A stretch of DNA of 64,000 bases from the human T2T-CHM13v2.0 reference genome, Homo sapiens (GCF_009914755.1 NC_060938.1), one strand, 5' to 3'. Numbered from the stretch's first letter, positions 15,971 to 31,441 are shown. A program made the numbers and translations. The notes: a model not told the origin generated them from the letters alone.

Positions 15971-16310
15971 CAGCCACACATCACTGAATGATAGGGATAC
16001 GTTCTAACAGATGCATCCATAGGCAATTTCATCATTTTGCAAACATCACAGGGAATATTACAAACACCTAGATTGTACAGCCTACCATGTCTAGGTTATA
16101 TGGTATAGCCTCTCTCTCCCAGGCTACAAACCTGTGTACTACCTTACTGTACTGAATACTGCAGGCAATAAGAACACAGTGGTAAGAGGTTATGTATCTA
16201 AACATACTTAAACGTAGAAAAGTATGTAAAAATATGTATTATAATCTCATGGACCACTTTTGTATTTGTAATCCATCTTTGACTGAAATGTTATTATGCA
16301 TGACAAGACT
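15971..16310 (-). mobile_element. Tigger3a/MER7 DNA transposon
   Basis: GGGATACGTTCT...AGGCAATTTCATCATT...GGCTACAAACCTGT...TATTATAATCTCATGGACCAC; TA at both ends. Confidence 0.85.
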
Positions 16311-19067
16311 CTATGACAAAAATAAAATAACACATTGTAAAAAATGTACACAGATATCAAACATATTAATATTGTAAAAATAAAAATATTTATTCAGTGT
16401 AAGAATTTGTAATGATCACAAAATGTTCACAGCTTATATTTTAGTACAGTTTCAAATGCCTGGTGCAATTACTATTTATTTCTGTGTGTATTTTAAACAT
16501 GTATATAATAAATATTTTTCAGGTTCAACAATATATATCAATCCAACTGGCTCTTATAAATATTAGTTAAAATCAATTAGTAAATTCATATATATATATA
16601 TACACACGTGTATCAGTCTGTATGCATGTATGTGTGTGTAAATGTAACTGTGTGTGTAAATGTAATTGGATGCATCCTAATATTTACCTTTACCTACAAG
16701 ATTTCCAAGATTCATTTATTATCTTTAGAAGATGTGCTTTTATAGATTTACCAAATAAAACTGTAATCGTGGAAAATATCAAGATGTTATTAAATTCACC
16801 TTGTGCACATAATTGTTTCTTTAAATTTATATTTCTTGCAAAACTTGCGGTAATGCTCATGTACAAAATAATTTTCTAAATAAAAAATAAAAACATTTTC
16901 TCAATCATTAATTCTTAATAATTATTTCTCCCCAATAATTAATGTGAATTAATTCTTAATTCTTAATTATAGAATAATGTTGCCCTTCAGAGTTCTGAAT
17001 CTTTTGCATGTTGCATACATTTCACTAACTAGAACAACTTCTGGAATATTGGCATTAATTAATGTCACTCAGCAATTAATGATTTCAAAGAAATTAAATA
17101 CCATTCATATTCTGAATCACAAGGGTACTTTGGCATCTAATTTAATCAAGCTCTTTGTATCATCATCTACACTTTAATTACTTAACAAACATTTCTCTGT
17201 GTGAGAAAGATTGAGCAGGTTATTGTGCTTTTTTAAGATGCAACTTTTGCTTAATCTAGAGATAGGCAATGCTCCCTATAAGGGACAAAGAGAAAAATGA
17301 AAGAGCAATAGAGATGTGACAGGCATGGAAAAAGACAATACATTTATCAAACAAATAGGGCCACAGATGATGATAAAGGGGATCAAATCTTGAGACGCTG
17401 ACTCAGTTTATAACCGCACTGTACAATACAGCAAATCATTTGTTAATTTTTTTACAAATGGAATTTAATTTAATTAAGATGAATACAGTGTTTTAAACAA
17501 GGCTGGTCATCTTAAAATAAAATAGTGGAATAAAGTGATAAAACCAATGTAAAAATCATAAACATTTTATAAAGAATTTTTGTCATGTAATTTTTTTATT
17601 TAAAATCACCCAAATCAAAATAATTTTATCTTAATTAACAATCATCAGAAGTTAACTAATTTTTACTTGATAATACTAGGTTTAAAAATTCTTAACTATA
17701 TTTTTAATCATATATGATTATACATAAAATAGACAGGGTATATGTTTACATGTTCACAATATTATATTGTAATTGTTCCTATGGATGTGGTTTTTCAATA
17801 GAATTAATAAGTACTTTTAAAAAGTTTCAATTTCAATGATATATATGTTTGATTTTTCTTTGAAAAAGCAAACATATATTGATAGGTAATAAGAAGAAAA
17901 TCTTCTAAAGACATTACAGGAACATGAATAAGTAATTAAATCCTCAATAATTTGTAATGTTTTATGTAAGCGGAACACATTTAACTGAAAATTGCTTTTA
18001 TGTAATACTCAAACGAGACTAAAAACATATTAACTAGCGGAGTAAGTCTTCAAATTGATAACCTGAACTATATAAGAGGAGAAACTTCAAGCACTCAAAT
18101 ATTTGAAATGCTACAAAATATTTATATAAACTATTATTTAACAATTTCTGTTTGTAGAGTGCTATAGAGTAATCAATATAAATGACATCTCAGTCTTTCT
18201 ATGGCTTTGACCACATTTACCTCCTAATTTTAATTATTAATATGTTGGAGCAGTGCATACAACTAGATTCCGATCTTCCTTTTTAATGAGTAAAAATATG
18301 TCCTTTGAGACAGCATTAAAGAAAGAGCACCTTGTATATAAATTCAATGCGAAGAGACAAGATATTCTTGATTCTGAAGTCTTGTTCTTTGATACAGCAA
18401 TGTAATTAATAAGAAGAAGAAAAGCAGGACATAGATATGGAGTCTATTTTAATCAAAAATTGTCTATAGATTTTGATAAAATTTAAAAATCTACTATATT
18501 TAGTTAGTCACAAAAAACCAGGTTGTGGGAACATATTTGGTCAATAAAACACCCCTACCAATTGCTGACAAGAAAAAAAGTTAGGTACCACCTTTCTTCT
18601 CTGCAGATGGCCTGAGATGGGTTAATTTGAAAGAATGCTTCCAAACCTGAGGTGACCCCTGAGAACAGCATAATCCACTGCTGTCTCTTACATTCAGTTT
18701 CTCAGTCTGTGCTCTTTTAATTTTGGGGGGAGGGAAGCCAGTCCTTTAAAGCGATCTTCAGCATGATGGCAGAGCCAAGGAGTGTGGACAGGTGGCACGG
18801 TGTCTGACTTTGTTCCATCAGCCACTTGGGCTTTCTCTGGGTCTTCTCTGCCCTAGGGATAGCACTACTATTGAAAACATGTCTTTGTGACATTGTCTAT
18901 GCCAGGAACTCCCAACATATTTTCCTTGAAACTGATGAAATGAATAAAAATAAACCAAGGGGTGTGCTGTTTGTTTCTGTTTCCTCCTTTCTGCAGCCCT
19001 TCTTGATCATCTAATATTTTTAAATACATTCTCGATCACCAAAAGGAGCATACGGGCTTCATTGGTT

Positions 19068-19460
19068 TGTAGCAGATGTATTAATAGCCCAGCCCCTATT
19101 CCTTACCTGTAGCTGCTGGGAAGAAAACCATTCTTAACACTCTACAAGGTCTCATCTCCAGAATTTGCACCTGTTTCTAGCTGAGGACTTTCTCTAGCAG
19201 CACGGGAGCTTGTGACTGGGCATGAAGTGGGAAGAAAAGGTGAGGGTAACTAGGAAGAATCTCCCTGGATTCAGTGATGTAATTCTGAGGCATGCTCCAC
19301 ATAGCTTCCCATAAAATTAAGCCCAGATATCTAACACAGGAACTTACCTCTTAACACGTGTGGTATTGGCTTGTCTCTCTTTCCTGTTTTATTTTGTTCT
19401 CTTTTCCTTGTCTCACTTTCACTGTGTCCTCACTCCTGCTTTAAGAATACCCAAATACGT
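19068..19460 (+). mobile_element. ERVL LTR (LTR16/LTR33-like)
   Basis: TGTAGCAGATG start; CTGAGGACTTTCTCT, AATTCTGAGGCATGCTCCACA and AATTAAGCCC motifs. Confidence 0.5.
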
Positions 19461-22400
19461 TCATTTATTTTTTTAGACTCTCAGAACACAGTTGATAGTT
19501 GAACTTCTAATCTATGATAATCAGCTTGGATGCAATACTGACAGGAAGATGGTGAACTCACAATGTCTAATTAAGATACAATTTAAAAAATATATTGAAT
19601 CATGTCCAAAGATTTAAAAAACCTAAGCGGCAGTGTCACAATTTCTTCTTTTTAGTTTACATGGTTTCTTAAACGCCTACAATTATTTTAAAGGAAGCCT
19701 TGAGTCTAGGAAAAATTGAGACATATGGAATAAATTACTAACCCATTTCTCCTTGAAATCCATTAGATGATTGATGATTTTTTCACATATATTTCTGAAC
19801 TGAAAAGCTAGTTGGGAATTATTTTTATAAGCATATCCTTATGTAATATTTTGTTTCTAACAGAGAATTGAATGTTTAAAGATTAAATTATTCTATCCAG
19901 AGAATAAAAAGCAATTATTTCACAAGGAAACCATGTGTATGTTGACACGACATTTTAAAATCTAGATTTTAAAATAGGTCCCATATAATTTTGAGTCAAT
20001 TAGAATATGTTTGTATCAGTCTGTCTACAGTTTTACACCTGTCAAAAGGTACTTGAACTAAAAGAAGTACCTTGAACAATTTTGAAATTTATTATTCCTC
20101 TGAAACTGATTAAAAGAATTATGGTAGAGTGAAATTCTGATTGGCATAATTTGGGAGAGAAATTATTCCTTGGAGATCAACCTCTGCCAAGATAGTTTAT
20201 AATGACATTGAGACTTTTTGATTTACAAAATTTGTTATATAAAAAATACTAAGACGATGACAGATAATACACAGACTAATTAAAATTGTACTAGAATTAA
20301 TTGTCTAAATAAATTACAAGGGTACGTGGTACATCTAAATGTATGTTTATATATTTTATTTGTGCATTTTATTCCTAGGGTTGCTTTTGCTTTAGTTTGT
20401 AAAACGTTCTTATTTTTATGATAATGTAGTATATACTAAATAAAGAAAAATCAGGAAATAGAAAATGAAGAAGAAAACATTAGCTATTGTCAACCAAATA
20501 AAAATCGTGCAATCTCTAAGTACATGAACGATGTATTATTTGTACAGCATGTACAATGTTTATGCTTCACAGGGTGAGGAAGAGACTGTAAAACATTGAA
20601 CCTGGGAAAAATAAGAAAGTAAGGACATTTTCACAACATATTAATATAGAAAATGTTGAACTTAACAGTTAAGATACAAGTAGTGAAAAATGATAGTATT
20701 TAAGGAGATCTAGAAAATTTAATCTATATCAGTAATGTGTGAGAAGTATTAGAATAATGCTTGTATTTCTGGATTGGCATCGATTTCTATTGAGACTGGA
20801 AATGTAACAGAAGTGAGCAAAAAAGAATTTAAATTGTGGATACTTGAGTTTTATACCTAGGAGTTCGAGAAATACATTTTGTTACTATCAAAGCAGTTGG
20901 CACAAGAGTGTACAAAATTCCCTAATTGTGTCTATGTGGAGAAGACATAGACAAACAGAGAATAGCAAAACAGAAATAGCAAAAAAGCACAAATAAATTT
21001 TACCTGTATTTTTAAGTAAAAGCCAATTAGAGAAGGAAAACATGAAATTTGTGTTTTATCAAAATTTTTCTCTTTCTCATAATATAGTTGAAAATATTAC
21101 TGCAAAAAAATTTGAAGCACTGGTATGTTCACAAAAAAAGTAAAATATAAGGTCAAAACCATGGGAATGCAGGGAGCAGACAAAATACACCTAAACACTG
21201 AAACTGATTTTGCCCTACAGACATGTAGCAAAATGAATGAGTGCAGATTCCTACTGTCATACATCACATAGGACAGTAAAGAAATACATAGTTTTTCCCA
21301 AGATAGGGCATCACACAGGAGATCTTCCCTAAAGCTAGGACCAAAATTTATATCCTCAGTATAAAGTAGAATCAGAGGTAAATTAGTCCCATTTCACATT
21401 CCCTGGAAATGGCAAATAAAAATGACTTGAGATTGGACGGATTTAAAGAAACTCAATCATTAATGATTTACAGCAATTAATTTAAAAATCGTTTAAATGT
21501 GCAGTCCAAACATATGTCCAAACACCTTTAGGCCAAGAATTAATATAATGTGGTCCCAGAATGGTGGTGCCTTTAGAAGACTCACAACAAATTCAAATTC
21601 TCTTTGGCAAATTTTCTTCTTACTAATATGCAAAAGTGCACAATAATAATTTTCAGAGAAAAATAAATCTTTGTCATTCAAAGGCATCTAAGTATGCAAG
21701 GAAATGATATTCTACCATTTGAAAGGAAAGCAGAAAAAGAGTACAAACCGATCCACAAAGGTTCATTAGTAGAAATATCACTGTTAGATTATAAAGCTCA
21801 TTTAATTTCAAAAAATTTTTAAAAAAATGAATATATTTTTAGGAGACTAAAAAATTGATGTAGCAAATTTGAAAAGTAGTTTGTATATAGTATTTTAAAT
21901 TAAAAACTCAAAAATGAACTCATCAGATTAGACATGGCCATGGTGAGAGTTCATAAATATTTCAGAATGCATTACAGAAAATTTTAAAAAATGCACAATG
22001 TGGACAGAATCATGAAGAGACATGGAAGATACAGTGAGAAAGTGTAGCATGTGTTTAGTGAGGGTTCTCTTAGAAGAAGGGAACTGGGAAGGGACAATAT
22101 GTGATGGTATTTTGGCTGAAAGTTCTCTAGACTCTTGTAAGACACTAATCCGCATATTCAAAAATTCTATGCATGCTAAGCAAGCTACAATGGAGATAAA
22201 CCTACCTCTACATATCTCCTAGAGAAATAGTAAACAATCAGGAAGGGAAAAATATTTCAATTAGCACTAGAAAAATCAAATTACCTTTAATCATATTGAA
22301 ATCTGAAAGCATGAAAGGTAAAATAAACAATATTATTTGTTAAGAATAATAATGCCATTCTGAAATTCTCAACCAAGAAAAATATTCATCAACCTATGGC

Positions 22401-22648
22401 TAAATAACATATTTAGAGACAAAAAACAAAACACCACCAGCAGAATTCCACTAAAGAAACTAAAAAGAAACTCTGAAAACATGCTTCAGAAAGATTGAAG
22501 TTCTGAAATCAAAGAATGAACACAGAGAAAAATATATTGTAAACATACAGATAGATCTAAATAAAAAATTAGGTGTTGAAACAAAAAGATATTTAAAATT
22601 AGATAAGCACTGCAATATGTATGTTAGGAAGCAAATTATTAGGGCTGA

Positions 22649-23010
<362 letters not shown>

Positions 23011-23135
23011 GACTTTGGAACTTTAATAAATTGACTGGACATTATGCATTTCTCTGTTGTATCTATGAAAACAATAAAAATAAAAGTCATAATTTTAAAA
23101 CAAGAAGACAGAAACTGATAGGAGAAAATGAGACA

Positions 23136-23136
<1 letters not shown>

Positions 23137-23188
<52 letters not shown>
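23137..23188. repeat. (TA)n(CA)n compound microsatellite
   Basis: About 21 TA units followed by CA units. Confidence 0.95.
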
Positions 23189-24219
23189 ACAAATTAATAA
23201 TACAAAATTAAGTATAAATGATCAAAGATTAACTTAAACCTAAGTAGACAATGTTTTTGTTAAAATACAAAGATTGGCAAAATTTAAAACATCTGTCTCT
23301 ATCATAGTTACAAGAGAGGCAACTAATATATAAATTTACAGGAACTTTGAAGTTTGAACAATACAGATACTGTGTATATATGATATACATACAAACATAC
23401 TACATGAATATAATTTTTTAAAAAGTTGTTATGTAGACAAAACAGAATGTAAGTTAGAAATATTTATTAAAATAAGTTAGTCTAACCAGTGTGATAAAAG
23501 TTTTAAGTTATTAAGATGTGATGACTTAAATGTGCATTAGCCTGATACATACATATATATATACACACAAACCACACACTCTCTCACACACACAGACACA
23601 CACATATTTAGAGAGAGAGTCAAATTATATAAAGCAAAAATATCAGAAAGTAGAAATGGATAAGCCCCCAAATATTATAGACATTTCAAACACACATCTT
23701 TCAATAATAGATAAAAGAAAAAATTAAAAGAGTAAGTTTTAAAAGAAGCTAGTGGATTTTAAAAAGGGCAAATATTATATAAGGAACATAAATATTATAA
23801 TTCATGTTATTTTATTGTTCATACAGAATACTTACAAAAATTAACATTTTCTAGACCATACCACAAATTCAAACAATTTTCACGGAAATAACGTGACACA
23901 GAATATACTTCCTAAACAAACAGCAATGAAGGCAGATATCAATACAAAAACGAAAGCTAGAAACATAAGTCTAATAATATTGGTTGGAAGCTATTTTAAT
24001 GAATATTGAAATATTTTAAAGGTGAATAGTCCATACAAATAAACCAAACACTTTTTTAAGGCCACTAAGATGCATGTGTAATGTGTAATGCCTCCTTTTA
24101 TAAGGAGTCAATCTGTAACATCACCTGGGCTATTTGACAACTGCAAAGTGAATGTGAGAAGGAGAGAAACAGTGAGAGAGAGAGAGAAAAAACAAGTAAA
24201 ATAAAGAATGAAGGAGATA

Positions 24220-24591
<372 letters not shown>

Positions 24592-26747
24592 TCACTTTTT
24601 CAGAAAAATATTAAAATATTAAATCTAACAAATATCTAGGTAGACTGATGGAGAAAAATACAGAAAATGCACAAAAAACCAATTACCTGGAATGCGAACG
24701 TTACAAAACATCAGCAGTTGTAGATTTTAAATAAGCATTGTTTTTTAGTTCAACCATGATGGGTTATATTGAAAAGAATCTCTCAGAAAAAAAGAAAAAG
24801 AAAACTGTTATAAAGCTATGTACAAAATGTTAAGCAGTATTAAAGTCTTCCAAATCTACCAGTTATGGAGTTATTGGTCTTGGACTAACTCTCCTGAAAA
24901 GAAAAAAACAAAACAAAACAAAACAAAACCTAAAAACCTGGATAAAATGGCCTACCGTGGGCACTGGCAATGCATCCAAGCAGGTAGGACCTGGGTGCTA
25001 CATTCTCTTTGTCAGAACACAAAACATTCATACACTCTTCTCACCCTCACTTTCACCTTTTAATCTTAGATCTACTATTAAATGTATTCAACATTACTAT
25101 CAATCCTTTGGTCAAAATTTCTTTACTCACATTGTGCTTGATGCACTTGGATAGACTGTTCAAGAACGTGTGAGTAGTGAATTCCTCAAACTCTTGCATA
25201 TTTAAAATCACATTTTTGAACCTTGATGCTTGAAGTGTAGCTTGGGTAACAGATGACCTTTAAGCCAATTTTGGCATGCAAGGGGTTGTTTATTAGGCAT
25301 CAGCACCGCTGAAAATCGTGGAGATGCAGGCTTAATTTCAACACTATTCTAAATACTTGGAAGATATTATATAATTCTTTAATAAACTCCTGTGTCTACA
25401 AATGGTTCACATTAACTCAATATCCATGATTAAACATCTATAAAATCAAGGCACTGTTATTTAGTGGAGACTTGCTGGCTATTCTATGAGAGGAGGTATT
25501 GTTATTGTAATCTCATCCTCTCATAAATGTGTATCATATTACTCATAACCAGCCCTTCATATTCTATTCCTATTTTGGTATTTTAAAATAAGATATCTCT
25601 GAAACACTTGAATTCAAAGAGGGAATCTGAATAATTTTTAAAATGTCAATGAAATGCCATTTCTTCATGCTTCAACAACTAAAAATTGACTAAAGTGCTT
25701 CTCTTCAAACTTTCTGGAACATTTTTTTATCTAAATTCTAAGAACAATCACATTAGGTTTTAACCACGAATGTGAGAATATTCTAAATGTTAGGGTGGAA
25801 AATTTTTTAAAATAAATTTATAGTAATTTTTTTCATCATAGTGACAGTGTGCTAAATTTTTTTAAGTCAAATATTACTGTAGACATTTAAGTCAGGATTC
25901 TAAGAAGCTGTTCTAAAGTCGAAAATTTAGTTTCATATACAATGATATTATATATATGTTTGCATAAAAAATTAATGTGAGCCATGTTTCAAATAGTTGA
26001 GAGATTATTATATCAAAGATTCTTGATTATATAAAATGCCAATTATAGGCACACGTGCTTTAAATAATTACAAAGGCAGTTGTGGTTGATTCTACTCTTG
26101 CTACTGGCATTTATATGGACATAATATTATGGTCTGAAGAATATTTAGGCAAATTTATTCCTCATATGATCAGAAGAACAATGCAAGATAGTTTATATCT
26201 GAAAGGAAAAAATCTTTATATGGTTCTGAAAGCGTAAATCATTAACAATTTGGATAATAATTAGCATAAAAATACACAAACATGCCCTCTTCCTAGCTGT
26301 AAGTACAAAGTGACAAGAGAATCAAAGCATGTGGCTATGTGCCTGTTTATATTTCAAGACGCAGAGCACCCTATTCCTCTTCTCTGCCCTTTCTAGTTGG
26401 CACAATTCCTCATGAATCTAAGTGCAGCCATAGGGTGGATTACGGTGACCTGCCATTTGTATGCAACTGATCTCTATTTTGGAAGTCATTAATGTAAAAA
26501 TATATTTTTAAAAGATAAGTTCAAATTTCAGGGCAAACTAGCATGGTTTCACCCCTTTTCTTTGTAACATTTTTTCTAATGTTGGAAAAGTAAGGTAGGC
26601 TTTAGTACGATTTTAAATAATAAGTTTTCAAAGTGAGACGCAAAATGGTGGCGCCAACACATTTCAAATCTGCTACATTTTGAATACACTTATTGGAGAA
26701 AAGACCTTCTCATCATTTTTCTCTTACAGGAAAGGAAATAACATGTA

Positions 26748-27117
26748 CAGTTGACCCTTAAGCAACACGGAGGTTGGGGTGCTGGCCCCCCTGCACAGTA
26801 GAAAATCCACTATAACTTTGACTCCCCCAAAACTTAACTACTAATAGACTACTCTAAGCCTTACAAATAACAGTCAATTAACCCATATTTAATATGTTAT
26901 ATGTCTTATATACTGTATTCTTAACAAACATGCCAGAGAAAAGAAAAAAGAAAATCATAAGGAAAATATATTTACTAATTATTAAATGGAAGTAGATGAT
27001 CAAACAGGTCTTCATCCTCATCCTTTTCATGGGCAGGGTGTGGATAAGGATGTAGAATTGTTGGTTTTGCTAAGTGGACGTGCACAGTTCAAACCCCTGT
27101 GGAGCAAAGGCCAACTG
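26748..27117. mobile_element. Tigger2-derived DNA transposon (Tigger2a/MER28-like)
   Basis: TIRs CAGTTGACCCTTAAGCAACACGG ... CCTGTGGAGCAAAGGCCAACTG flanked by TA on both sides. Confidence 0.85.
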
Positions 27118-27202
27118 TATAGCCATTGAATAGCAATTTATTTTTAGAAATTAACCACACTAAAATACTCTTAGAAGGATGCCAAGAAAAAAAATGGATA
27201 AG

Positions 27203-28677
27203 TATTTTTCATCTATTTCATCATTTCATTATTTCATCTCATTTCATCATTTCATTTCATCCTTTCATTTCATCCTTTCATTTCATCATTTCATCTCGTC
27301 ATTTCATCTCATTTTATCATTTCATCTCATTCTTTCATTTCATTTCATCATTTCATCTCAATATTTCATTTCATTTCATCATTTCACTTCATCTCATCAT
27401 TTCATCATCTCATGATTTTATTTCATCTCATCATTTCATTTCATCATTTCATCTTTTCATCTCATTTCATCAATTCATCATTTCATCTCATCTCATTTCA
27501 CTTCATTTCATTGTTTCATTTCATCACTTCATCTCAACATTTCATTTCGTCATTTCACTTCATCTCATTTCATCATTTCATCTCATGATTTCATTTCATC
27601 TCATCATTTCATCATTTCATTTATTTCATCATTTCATCATTTCATCATTTGACGTCATGTCATCATTTCATCATTTCATCATTTCATCTTTTCATTCCAT
27701 CATTTCACTTCATTTCATTTCATCATTTCATTTCCTCATTTCATCATTTCATTTCATCCTTTCATCATTCCATCTCATCATTTCATCGTTTCATTTCATT
27801 ATTTCATTTCAGCATTTCTTCTCATTGTTGCATTTCGTCATTTCATCATTTCACTTCATCTCATCATTTCATCTCATGATTTCATCTCATCATCTCATTT
27901 CATCTTTTCATCTCATTTCATTTCATCATTTCATCTTTTCATCTCGTCATTTCATTTGATCATTTCATTTCATCAATTCGTCATTTCATCATTTCATTTC
28001 ATTATTTCATCATTTAATCATTTAACTTCATTTCATCATTTCATCATTTCATATCATTTCTTCATTTCACCATTTGATCTTCTCATTTCATTTCACTTCA
28101 TCATTTCATTTCATCATTTCATTTCCTCATTTCATTTCACCATTTCATCATTTTATTTCATCATTCCATTTCATCATTTCATTACATTTCATCATTTCAC
28201 TTCATCTCATCATTTCATCTCATGATTTCATTTCATCTCATCATTTCATCTTTTAATCTCATTTCATTTAATCATTTTGTTTCATTATACCTTTTCATTT
28301 CATTTCATCATTTCATTTCATTTCATATCATTTCCTCAATTCATTATTTCATCTTTTCATTTCATTTCACCATTTCATCATTTCATCATTCCATTTCATC
28401 ATTTCATTACATTTCATCATTTCACTTCATCTCATCATTTCATCTCATGATTTCATTTCATCTCATCATTTCATCTTTTAATCTCATTTCATTTAATCAT
28501 TTCGTTTCATTACACCTTTTCATTTCATCATTTCATCATTTCATATCATTCCCTCAATTCATCATTTCATCTTTTCATTTCATCATTTCATCATTTCATT
28601 TCATCATTTCACTTCATTATTTCATTTCATTTCACCATTTCATGTCATCATTTCATCATTTCATCATTTCATTTCAG
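27203..28677. repeat. Low-complexity satellite array (CATTT/CATCATTT/CATCT)n
   Basis: ~1.47 kb built from CATTT, CAT and CATCT units; plus strand nearly G-free; internal 225-bp duplication. Confidence 0.95.
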
Positions 28678-29544
28678 TGATACATGTATTTAAGTGCTAA
28701 TGCGATGCCCAGGAGACACCCTATTTCCCTTTGTAAAACACCTCCTTCAACAAAAGGCAACTTCTCATGGCTGGCTAAGTCTACAGGGACACCAGCCTCT
28801 CTTCAACCACCCAATTTCATTTAGAACCTCAAACAGCACCTCAGTTTCATAAAAACCTAAAACATAAACACAACACTTGGTTGTAAGTGAGCCAACAGTT
28901 GTCTCTTTCTCTGCTCAAGGCTTAAGGCCATGTCTCCCCAGCTATATTCAGTGGAAGAAAAGATCCCCTGGACAAGTAAGTTTGAGAATTATTGTTGCAG
29001 GAATTCTCAGAACCTTCAAAACACAAATCCTCATCCGCAGGGATCTTCAGGAGGGAGATGGCTGATGCAGCACAACTTTCTTTCACAGGAGTACCTTGCA
29101 GAATACAGTATGAGATACAGAAAGGCTGCATTGAGTCTTTTTAATGGCCCGGGCCTTGGTGGGGGTGGGGTAGGAGCTCTGAGTAGGAACATTCAGGTGG
29201 CTTTTTTTTTCTCCTTATTGGCAAAACTGTGTGTACACCATGAATGAAGCTGGTCTCCCTTATCCATATCAAAACCAAACCCAAATTAATTGGCTAAATT
29301 GGGACTCAACACCTCCAGGAGCCACGCGGCAGAAAGCCCCAACACACTTTAAATTAGCTTACCTCATCATATTTGAGGAAAGCAAAATGCTTATGACCAG
29401 TATGCTGCTAATACAAGTCTACAGATAATGCTGTATGAAAAACTAGTTTTCCCAATCATAGCTGGCATAGTCCACATTTTGCATTACACTTCCCCCCTTT
29501 TTTTAAATTTTAAACACAGGTCTTTTTCTCTTTTTTTAAATTTT

Positions 29545-29673
29545 AATTAAATTATACAAGACGGAGTGTCAGTATGTTGCCCAGGCTGGTCTTCAACTCC
29601 TGAGCTCAAGCGATACATCCGTCTCTGCCTCCCAAAGTGCTGAGATTACAGGCCTGATACACTGTGCCTGGCC
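29545..29673 (-). mobile_element. FLAM_C / Alu left monomer
   Basis: GTATGTTGCCCAGGCTGGTCTTCAACTCCTGAGCTCAAGCGAT...GCCTGGCC; TTAAACACA repeated on both sides. Confidence 0.85.
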
Positions 29674-30039
29674 TTAAACACAAATCTTAATTCATTCTTA
29701 CAATTATTCTGAGGTTACAAAAATGGAAGGGGAAGAAAAATGGCAAGCAGGTAGGCTGACTTCGGCTTCATTATTTGGAAGGACAGTTTGCTTGGTTAAA
29801 ACACACTACTGCCTACAAAGGCCAAGACAACAGAAAAATACAGACTTACATAAATAGATTTTATATGTGACAGCAGTTTGAACGGAGACTTTTTCAATGC
29901 AATGAGAAACAGCTGTGATTGGGAATAAATGACAACGAATTTTTTTTATCTCAACAGCTGTCCTGAGAGCATGTCTCTACATCTCTACCTGCATTCTGGA
30001 ATCAGGGAGAAAGCCAAAACGGACGACAAGACACTAGAT

Positions 30040-30231
30040 CAGCCGTGTCCAACCCTTTGACTACAAGGACTTTTCCGCCTATCTGTGGTGGTGGGTATCA
30101 TGAAAATTATGCAAAAACCTTTTTTTTTTTAAGCTCATCAGCTGTTGTTAGCATTAGTGTATTTTATGTGTGGCCCAGGAGCATTCTTCTTCCAATGTGG
30201 CCCTAAGAAGCCAAAAGACTGGACACCTGTG
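30040..30231 (-). mobile_element. MER30 (hAT-Charlie) with 8-bp TSD
   Basis: GCTCATCAGCT...GTGTGGCCCAGG...TTCTTCTTCCAATGTGGCCC...GCCAAAAGACTGGACACC; TSD CACTAGAT at 30032-30039 and 30232-30239. Confidence 0.88.
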
Positions 30232-30350
30232 CACTAGATCAAAAGTCTACTCCTTCTGGAAGCAATTGTAAAGAATTTCTGACATTATCTTGACATGAAA
30301 ACCAATAGATAGTGGGACAGAATGCAAAATCTTCAAGAATTTTTAATGTC

Positions 30351-30612
30351 TTTTTTTTTTTTTTTGAGTCACAGTCTTGCTCTGTGGCCCAGGCTGGAGT
30401 ACACTGGTGAGCTCACAGCTCAGTGCAGGATCAAGTGCTCCTCCCACCTCAGCCACAGTAGTAGCTGGGACTACAGATGTGCACAACCACCCCTGGCTAA
30501 CATTTTATTTTTTGTAGAGACAGGGTCTCACTATATTGTCCAGGTTGGTCTCAAACTCTTTGACTCAAGGGATCCAGGACAGGATAAGAGGTGGGAGCCA
30601 CCACACCTGGCC
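30351..30612 (-). mobile_element. AluJ-like, internally deleted
   Basis: Poly-T, TCTTGCTCTGTGGCCCAGGCTGGAG...GTAGAGACAGGGTCTCAC...GAGCCACCACACCTGGCC. Confidence 0.85.
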
Positions 30613-31009
30613 ATGTGCATGAATTTTTAAGACAAACAAAAGGCCCCACAAAAGTTAAGGTTTTCCCACCTAATTTCCAGGGGATCTTTTGGTGCAAGGA
30701 TGAGAAACCCTTAAAAGTACACAGACAACTCCAAAGATTCAAGACAGTTCATTCGGGCTGAGCCAGCTCACTGGGCAGACTGACCTTCAAAAAAGGCCCA
30801 CCCATGACATACACCAGATGGCTCTACAAGAATCTCTTCAGTCCTCAGGGTCCCTAAGATACTGGACAGAGCTAGGAAAGCAAACCCATTTGCTTCTTCC
30901 TGCAGGAAACCCCTTGAGGTCAAGACCCCACAATCAGACAAGGATGGAGTGGCTCACCCTCAGTAAACAGGCCAGACTCAAGGTGGTATAATGTCTTAAC
31001 CAAGAGTGT

Positions 31010-31152
31010 GGGCCCCCAGGTCTGACTCTCATCTCAGTTCTCCTTTAATAACCACACTTTGATAATTCTCCTTAACAGGGGTTCCTGGCAAGTCAGTTCT
31101 TCCTCAGGCCTTCGGTTTCCTCACCTACAAGATGAGAGGGCTGGACCAGATG
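31010..31152. mobile_element. MIR fragment
   Basis: CTGGCAAGTCAG...GCCTTCGGTTTCCTCACCTACAAGATGAG core motif. Confidence 0.6.
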
Positions 31153-31441
31153 GAAATTCAGGGTGGAAGGGGATGTCCGCGCACAGCCCACCCCCCCCCC
31201 CCCACAGGACCCTGGACCCTCCATCCCAGTTCCCACCACGCACCCGCCCCACAAATCGCGCTCAAGGTGAGGGCTGGTCCCGGGTCCTCCTGCTGCCGCA
31301 TCAGCAAATGCAGGAGGGAGGGGAAGACTCCAAGGGCGCAATGCGGGCTCAAGGATGCAACTGGGCCAGGAGTGAACTGGGGCCCCGAGGGAGGTGTCTG
31401 AGCTCCTCCTGGAGCCCAGCCCCGGTCCCCGAATCCCTTAC

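Noticed and set aside
27203-28677. Classical HSat2/HSat3 block
   Set aside because: It lacks the CATTC/CATTCGATTC core and is only ~1.5 kb.
27126-28680. 277-aa and other His/Phe/Ile/Ser-rich ORFs
   Set aside because: Translations of the G-poor (CATTT)n array; artefacts.
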